Positions 56,467 to 64,000 of a stretch of DNA of 64,000 nt are shown here, piece by piece. Each line of letters opens with the position of its first letter. Position 1 is the stretch's first letter. The notes under the pieces are model-generated. The model saw nothing but the letters and a program-made list of their open reading frames with translations, was not told the DNA's origin and made no database searches. Source of the DNA: Auanema rhodensis (lineage: Eukaryota; Animalia; Nematoda); contig OZ059900.1 of NCBI GenBank assembly GCA_964057225.1, positions 24,180,001-24,244,000 on the forward strand, read 5' to 3'. Position numbers and translations under genes: made by a program.

Positions 56467-59400
56467 TTTCATTTTAGTATGTAACACGCTGAAATTCGTT
56501 GCATTTGACGACTCATATGAACAAAAATCGATTTAATCAATATTAGCCATAAGGGGCGTGCCCTCAGAATATGCTAATTTCCTTAATTTTCTAACCCCTG
56601 TTTTGTTGTCGTGAAAGTGGAACTAGACGTTGTAGGAACAATTTTGAGCTAGGTTTCATTGACATTGCATGAGTTTGAACACATGAAATCGTAAGTCAAA
56701 ACCTTGTTTACAGCGAAATTTCCAAAAACTGGTTTTCCAGCATAATAAAATATTTCTCATGGGAAATACTGTGTTTTTGTATTTTTCTAGTGTTCAGCAT
56801 GTAAAATGCTTCATTTTAGTATGTAACACGCTGAAATTCGTTGCATTTGACGACTCATATGAACAAAAATCGATTTAATCAATATTAGCCATAAGGGGCG
56901 TGCCCTCAGAATATGCTAATTTCCTTAATTTTCTAACCCCTGTTTTTTGTCGTGAAAGTGGAACTAGACGTTGTAGGAACAATTTTGAGCTAGGTTTCAT
57001 TGACATTGCATGAGTTTGAACACATGAAATCGTAAGTCAAAACCTTGTTTACAGCGAAATTTCCAAAAACTGGTTTTCCAGCATAATAAAATATTTCTCA
57101 TGGGAAATACTGTGTTTTTGTATTTTTATAGTGTTCAGCATGTAAAATGCTTCATTTTAGTATGTAACACGCTGAAATTCGTTGCATTTGACGACTCATA
57201 TGAACAAAAATCGATTTAATCAATATTAGCCATAAGGGGCGTGCCCTCAGAATATGCTAATTTCCTTAATTTTCTAACCCCTGTTTTTTTGTCGTGAAAG
57301 TGGAACTAGACGTTGTACGAACAATTTTGAGCTAGGTTTTATTGACATTGCATGAGTTTGAACACATGAAATCGTAAGTCAAAACCTTGTTTACAGCGAA
57401 ATTTCCAAAAACTGGTTTTCCAGCATAATAAAATATTTCTCATGGGAAATACTGTGTTTTTGTATTTTTCTAGTGTTCAGCATGTGAAATGCTTCATTTT
57501 AGTATGTAACACGCTGAAATTCGTTGCATTTGACGACTCATATGAACAAAAATCGATTTAATCAATATTAGCCATAAGGGGCGTGCCCTCAGAATATGCT
57601 AATTTCCTTAATTTTCTAACCCCTGTTTTTTTGTCGTGAAAGTGGAACTAGACGTTGTACGAACAATTTTGAGCTAGGTTTCATTGACATTGCATGAGTT
57701 TGAACACATGAAATCGTAAGTCAAAACCTTGTTTACAGCGAAATTTCCAAAAACTGGTTTTCCAGCATAATAAAATATTTCTCATGGGAAATACTGTGTT
57801 TTTGTATTTTTATAGTGTTCAGCATGTAAAATGCTTCATTTTAGTATGTAACACGCTGAAATTCGTTGCATTTGACGACTCATATGAACAAAAATCGATT
57901 TAATCAATATTAGCCATAAGGGGCGTGCCCTCAGAATATGCTAATTTCCTTAATTTTCTAACCCCTGTTTTTTTGTCGTGAAAGTGGAACTAGACGTTGT
58001 ACGAACAATTTTGAGCTAGGTTTTATTGACATTGCATGAGTTTGAACACATGAAATCGTAAGTCAAAACCTTGTTTACAGCGAAATTTCCAAAAACTGGT
58101 TTTCCAGCATAATAAAATATTTCTCATTAGAAATACTGTGTTTTTGTATTTTTCTAGTGTTCAGCATGTAAAATGCTTCATTTTAGTATGTAACACGCTG
58201 AAATTCGTTGCATTTGACGACTCATATGAACAAAAATCGATTTAATCAATATTAGCCATAAGGGGCGTGCCCTCAGAATATGCTAATTTCCTTAATTTTC
58301 TAACCCCTGTTTTTTTGTCGTGAAAGTGGAACTAGACGTTGTACGAACAATTTTGAGCTAGGTTTCATTGACATTGCATGAGTTTGAACACATGAAATCG
58401 TAAGTCAAAACCTTGTTTACAGCGAAATTTCCAAAAACTGGTTTTCCAGCATAATAAAATATTTCTCATGGGAAATACTGTGTTTTTGTATTTTTCTAGT
58501 GTTCAGCATGTGAAATGCTTCATTTTAGTATGTAACACGCTGAAATTCGTTGCATTTGACGACTCATATGAACAAAAATCGATTTAATCAATATTAGCCA
58601 TAAGGGGCGTGCCCTCAGAATATGCTAATTTCCTTAATTTTCTAACCCCTGTTTTGTTGTCGTGAAAGTGGAACTAGACGTTGTAGGAACAATTTTGAGC
58701 TAGGTTTCATTGACATTGCATGAGTTTGAACACATGAAATCGTAAGTCAAAACCTTGTTTACAGCGAAATTTCCAAAAACTGGTTTTCCAGCATAATAAA
58801 ATATTTCTCATGGGAAATACTGTGTTTTTGTATTTTTATAGTGTTCAGCATGTAAAATGTTTCATTTTAGTATGTAACACGCTGAAATTCGTTGCATTTG
58901 ACGACTCATATGAACAAAAATCGATTTAATCAATATAAGCCATAAAGGGCGTGCCCTCAGAATCTGCTAATTTCCTTAATTTTCTAACCCCTGTTTTTTT
59001 GTCGTGAAAGTGGAACTAGACGTTGTAGGAACAATTTTGAGCTAGATTTCATTGACATTGCATGAGTTTGAACACATGAAATCGTAAGTCAAAACCTTGT
59101 TTACAGCGAAATTTCCAAAAACTCGTTTTCCAGCATAATAAAATATTTCTCATGGGAAATACTGTGTTTTTGTATTTTTTTAGTGTTCAGCATGTAAAAT
59201 GCTTCATTTTAGTATGTAACACGCTGAAATTCGTTGCATTTGACGACTCATATGAACAAAAATCGATTTAATCAATATTAGCCATAAGGGGCGTGCCCTC
59301 AGAATATGCTAATTTCCTTAATTTTCTAACCCCTGTTTTTTTGTCGTGAAAGTGGAACTAGACGTTGTACGAACAATTTTGAGCTAGGTTTCATGGACAT

Positions 59401-62400
59401 TGCATGAGTTTGAACACATGAAATCGTAAGTCAAAACCTTGTTTACAGCGAAATTTCCAAAAACTGGTTTTCCAGCATAATAAAATATTTCTCATGGGAA
59501 ATACTGTGTTTTTGTATTTTTATAGTGTTCAGCATGTAAAATGTTTCATTTTAGTATGTAACACGCTGAAATTCGTTGCATTTGACGACTCATATGAACA
59601 AAAATCGATTTAATCAATATAAGCCATAAAGGGCGTGCCCTCAGAATCTGCTAATTTCCTTAATTTTCTAACCCCTGTTTTTTTGTCGTGAAAGTGGAAC
59701 TAGACGTTGTAGGAACAATTTTGAGCTAGATTTCATTGACATTGCATGAGTTTGAACACATGAAATCGTAAGTCAAAACCTTGTTTACAGCGAAATTTCC
59801 AAAAACTCGTTTTCCAGCATAATAAAATATTTCTCATGAGAAATACTGTGTTTTTGTATTTTTCTAGTGTTCAGCATGTGAAATGCTTCATTTTAGTATG
59901 TAACACGCTGAAATTCGTTGCATTTGACGACTCATATGAACAAAAATCGATTTAATCAATATTAGCCATAAGGGGCGTGCCCTCAGAATCTGCTAATTTC
60001 CTTAATTTTCTAACCCCTGTTTTTTTGTCGTGAAAGTGGAACTAGACGTTGTAGGAACAATTTTGAGCTAGATTTCATTGACATTGCATGAGTTTGAACA
60101 CATGAAATCGTAAGTCAAAACCTTGTTTACAGCGAAATTTCCAAAAACTCGTTTTCCAGCATAATAAAATATTTCTCATGGGAAATACTGTGTTTTTGTA
60201 TTTTTTTAGTGTTCAGCATGTAAAATGCTTCATTTTAGTATGTAACACGCTGAAATTCGTTGCATTTGACGACTCATATGAACAAAAATCGATTTAATCA
60301 ATATTAGCCATAAGGGGCGTGCCCTCAGAATATGCTAATTTCCTTAATTTTCTAACCCCTGTTTTTTTGTCGTGAAAGTGGAACTAGACGTTGTACGAAC
60401 AATTTTGAGCTAGGTTTCATGGACATTGCATGAGTTTGAACACATGAAATCGTAAGTCAAAACCTTGTTTACAGCGAAATTTCCAAAAACTGGTTTTCCA
60501 GCATAATAAAATATTTCTCATGGGAAATACTGTGTTTTTGTATTTTTATAGTGTTCAGCATGTAAAATGTTTCATTTTAGTATGTAACACGCTGAAATTC
60601 GTTGCATTTGACGACTCATATGAACAAAAATCGATTTAATCAATATAAGCCATAAAGGGCGTGCCCTCAGAATCTGCTAATTTCCTTAATTTTCTAACCC
60701 CTGTTTTTTTGTCGTGAAAGTGGAACTAGACGTTGTAGGAACAATTTTGAGCTAGATTTCATTGACATTGCATGAGTTTGAACACATGAAATCGTAAGTC
60801 AAAACCTTGTTTACAGCGAAATTTCCAAAAACTCGTTTTCCAGCATAATAAAATATTTCTCATGAGAAATACTGTGTTTTTGTATTTTTCTAGTGTTCAG
60901 CATGTGAAATGCTTCATTTTAGTATGTAACACGCTGAAATTCGTTGCATTTGACGACTCATATGAACAAAAATCGATTTAATCAATATTAGCCATAAGGG
61001 GCGTGCCCTCAGAATATGCTAATTTCCTTAATTTTCTAACCCCTGTTTTTTTGTCGTGAAAGTGGAACTAGACGTTGTAGGAACAATTTTGAGCTAGGTT
61101 TCATTGACATTGCATGAGTTTGAACACATGAAATCGTAAGTCAAAACCTTGTTTACAGCGAAATTTCCAAAAACTGGTTTTCCAGCATAATAAAATATTT
61201 CTCATGGGAAATACTGTGTTTTTGTATTTTTATAGTGTTCAGCATGTAAAATGTTTCATTTTAGTATGTAACACGCTGAAATTCGTTGCATTTGACGACT
61301 CATATGAACAAAAATCGATTTAATCAATATAAGCCATAAAGGGCGTGCCCTCAGAATCTGCTAATTTCCTCAATTTTCTAACCCCTGTTTTTTTGTCGTG
61401 AAAGTGGAACTAGACGTTGTAGGAACAATTTTGAGCTAGATTTCATTGACATTGCATGAGTTTGAACACATGAAATCGTAAGTCAAAACCTTGTTTACAG
61501 CGAAATTTCCAAAAACTCGTTTTCCAGCATAATAAAATATTTCTCATGGGAAATACTGTGTTTTTGTATTTTTATAGTGTTCAGCATGTAAAATGTTTCA
61601 TTTTAGTATGTAACACGCTGAAATTCGTTGCATTTGACGACTCATATGAACAAAAATCGATTTAATCAATATAAGCCATAAAGGGCGTGCCCTCAGAATC
61701 TGCTAATTTCCTTAATTTTCTAACCCCTGTTTTTTTGTCGTGAAAGTGGAACTAGACGTTGTAGGAACAATTTTGAGCTAGATTTCATTGACATTGCATG
61801 AGTTTGAACACATGAAATCGTAAGTCAAAACCTTGTTTACAGCGAAATTTCCAAAAACTCGTTTTCCAGCATAATAAAATATTTCTCATGAGAAATACTG
61901 TGTTTTTGTATTTTTCTAGTGTTCAGCATGTGAAATGCTTCATTTTAGTATGTAACACGCTGAAATTCGTTGCATTTGACGACTCATATGAACAAAAATC
62001 GATTTAATCAATATTAGCCATAAGGGGCGTGCCCTCAGAATATGCTAATTTCCTTAATTTTCTAACCCCTGTTTTTTTGTCGTGAAAGTGGAACTAGACG
62101 TTGTAGGAACAATTTTGAGCTAGGTTTCATTGACATTGCATGAGTTTGAACACATGAAATCGTAAGTCAAAACCTTGTTTACAGCGAAATTTCCAAAAAC
62201 TGGTTTTCCAGCATAATAAAATATTTCTCATGGGAAATACTGTGTTTTTGTATTTTTATAGTGTTCAGCATGTAAAATGTTTCATTTTAGTATGTAACAC
62301 GCTGAAATTCGTTGCATTTGACGACTCATATGAACAAAAATCGATTTAATCAATATAAGCCATAAAGGGCGTGCCCTCAGAATCTGCTAATTTCCTCAAT

Positions 62401-64000
62401 TTTCTAACCCCTGTTTTTTTGTCGTGAAAGTGGAACTAGACGTTGTAGGAACAATTTTGAGCTAGATTTCATTGACATTGCATGAGTTTGAACACATGAA
62501 ATCGTAAGTCAAAACCTTGTTTACAGCGAAATTTCCAAAAACTCGTTTTCCAGCATAATAAAATATTTCTCATGGGAAATACTGTGTTTTTGTATTTTTC
62601 TAGTGTTCAGCATGTGAAATGCTTCATTTTAGTATGTAACACGCTGAAATTCGTTGCATTTGACGACTCATATGAACAAAAATCGATTTAATCAATATTA
62701 GCCATAAGGGGCGTGCCCTCAGAATATGCTAATTTCCTTAATTTTCTAACCCCTGTTTTTTTGTCGTGAAAGTGGAACTAGACGTTGTACGAACAATTTT
62801 GAGCTAGGTTTCATTGACATTGCATGAGTTTGAACACATGAAATCGTAAGTCAAAACCTTGTTTACAGCGAAATTTCCAAAAACTGGTTTTCCAGCATAA
62901 TAAAATATTTCTCATGGGAAATACTGTGTTTTTGTATTTTTATAGTGTTCAGCATGTAAAATGTTTCATTTTAGTATGTAACACGCTGAAATTCGTTGCA
63001 TTTGACGACTCATATGAACAAAAATCGATTTAATCAATATAAGCCATAAAGGGCGTGCCCTCAGAATCTGCTAATTTCCTTAATTTTCTAACCCCTGTTT
63101 TTTTGTCGTGAAAGTGGAACTAGACGTTGTAGGAACAATTTTGAGCTAGGTTTCATTGACATTGCATGAGTTTGAACACATGAAATCGTAAGTCAAAACC
63201 TTGTTTACAGCGAAATTTCCAAAAACTCGTTTTCCAGCATAATAAAATATTTCTCATGGGAAATACTGTGTTTTTGTATTTTTTTAGTGTTCAGCATGTA
63301 AAATGCTTCATTTTAGTATGTGACACGCTGAAATTAATTGCATTTGACGACTCATATGAACAAAAATCGATTTAATCAATATTAGCCATAAGGGGCGTGC
63401 CCTCAGAATATGCTAATTTCCTCAATTTTCTAACCCCTGTTTTTTTGTCGTGAAAGTGGAACTAGACGTTGTACGAACAATTTTGAGCTAGGTTTCATTG
63501 ACATTGCATGAGTTTGAACACATGAAATCGTAAGTCAAAACCTTGTTTACAGCGAAATTTCCAAAAACTGGTTTTCCAGCATAATAAAATATTTCTCATG
63601 GGAAATACTGTGTTTTTGTATTTTTCTAGTGTTCAGCATGTGAAATGCTTCATTTTAGTATGTAACACGCTGAAATTCGTTGCATTTGACGACTCATATG
63701 AACAAAAATCGATTTAATCAATATTAGCCATAAGGGGCGTGCCCTCAGAATATGCTAATTTCCTTAATTTTCTAACCCCTGTTTTTTTGTCGTGAAAGTG
63801 GAACTAGACGTTGTACGAACAATTTTGAGCTAGGTTTCATTGACATTGCATGAGTTTGAACACATGAAATCGTAAGTCAAAACCTTGTTTACAGCGAAAT
63901 TTCCAAAAACTCGTTTTCCAGCATAATAAAATATTTCTCATGGGAAATACTGTGTTTTTGTATTTTTATAGTGTTCAGCATGTAAAATGTTTCATTTTAG
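56467..64000 (-). repeat. Inverted domain 3 (about 22 monomers, continues past the window end)
   Basis: Orientation switches at TGCTGGAAA|TTTCATTTTAG. It carries domain-2 variants plus private A137C, C144T, A213G, T226G and A253T. Confidence 0.97.

Larger units (their letters stand above)
1..64000. repeat. Tandem satellite DNA array, 342-bp monomer, about 187 copies, extends beyond both window edges
   Basis: TGAACACTAG recurs at 1, 343, 1711, 3421 and 21889 (1+64x342). Apart from two 10-nt fillers, all sequence I read matches the monomer on one strand or the other. Confidence 0.99.

Noticed and set aside
1-64000. CRISPR array or repeat-spacer system
   Set aside because: There are no unique spacers and no cas genes. 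The entire 342-bp unit repeats.

Overview
The whole 64-kb window is one tandem satellite DNA array of about 187 copies of a 342-bp monomer (about 34% GC, hand count 116/342). Copies differ by only a few substitutions each. No gene, RNA gene, mobile element or CRISPR array is supported, and the three listed ORFs are chance products of the repeat. The array looks eukaryotic and heterochromatic or possibly centromeric (inference), but I cannot name the family or species. Variants below are numbered by monomer position, with position 1 = TGAACACTAG at window base 1. Three structural points stand out. (i) There are three variant-defined domains: forward 1-22.1 kb, forward 26-56.5 kb with an 8-mer higher-order repeat (HOR), and inverted 56.5-64 kb with 3-mer periodicity. 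(ii) The first domain boundary is a complex rearrangement (10-nt filler, 1,163-bp inverted insert, 4-nt microhomology, 58-bp deletion) that was then tandemly duplicated as a 2,388-bp unit. (iii) The monomer is rich in dyads: several common variants perfect a palindrome, and the 56.5-kb inversion joins two hairpin loops. I found no new protein-based system. The interest here is satellite architecture and mutational mechanism. All variant calls were made by eye.
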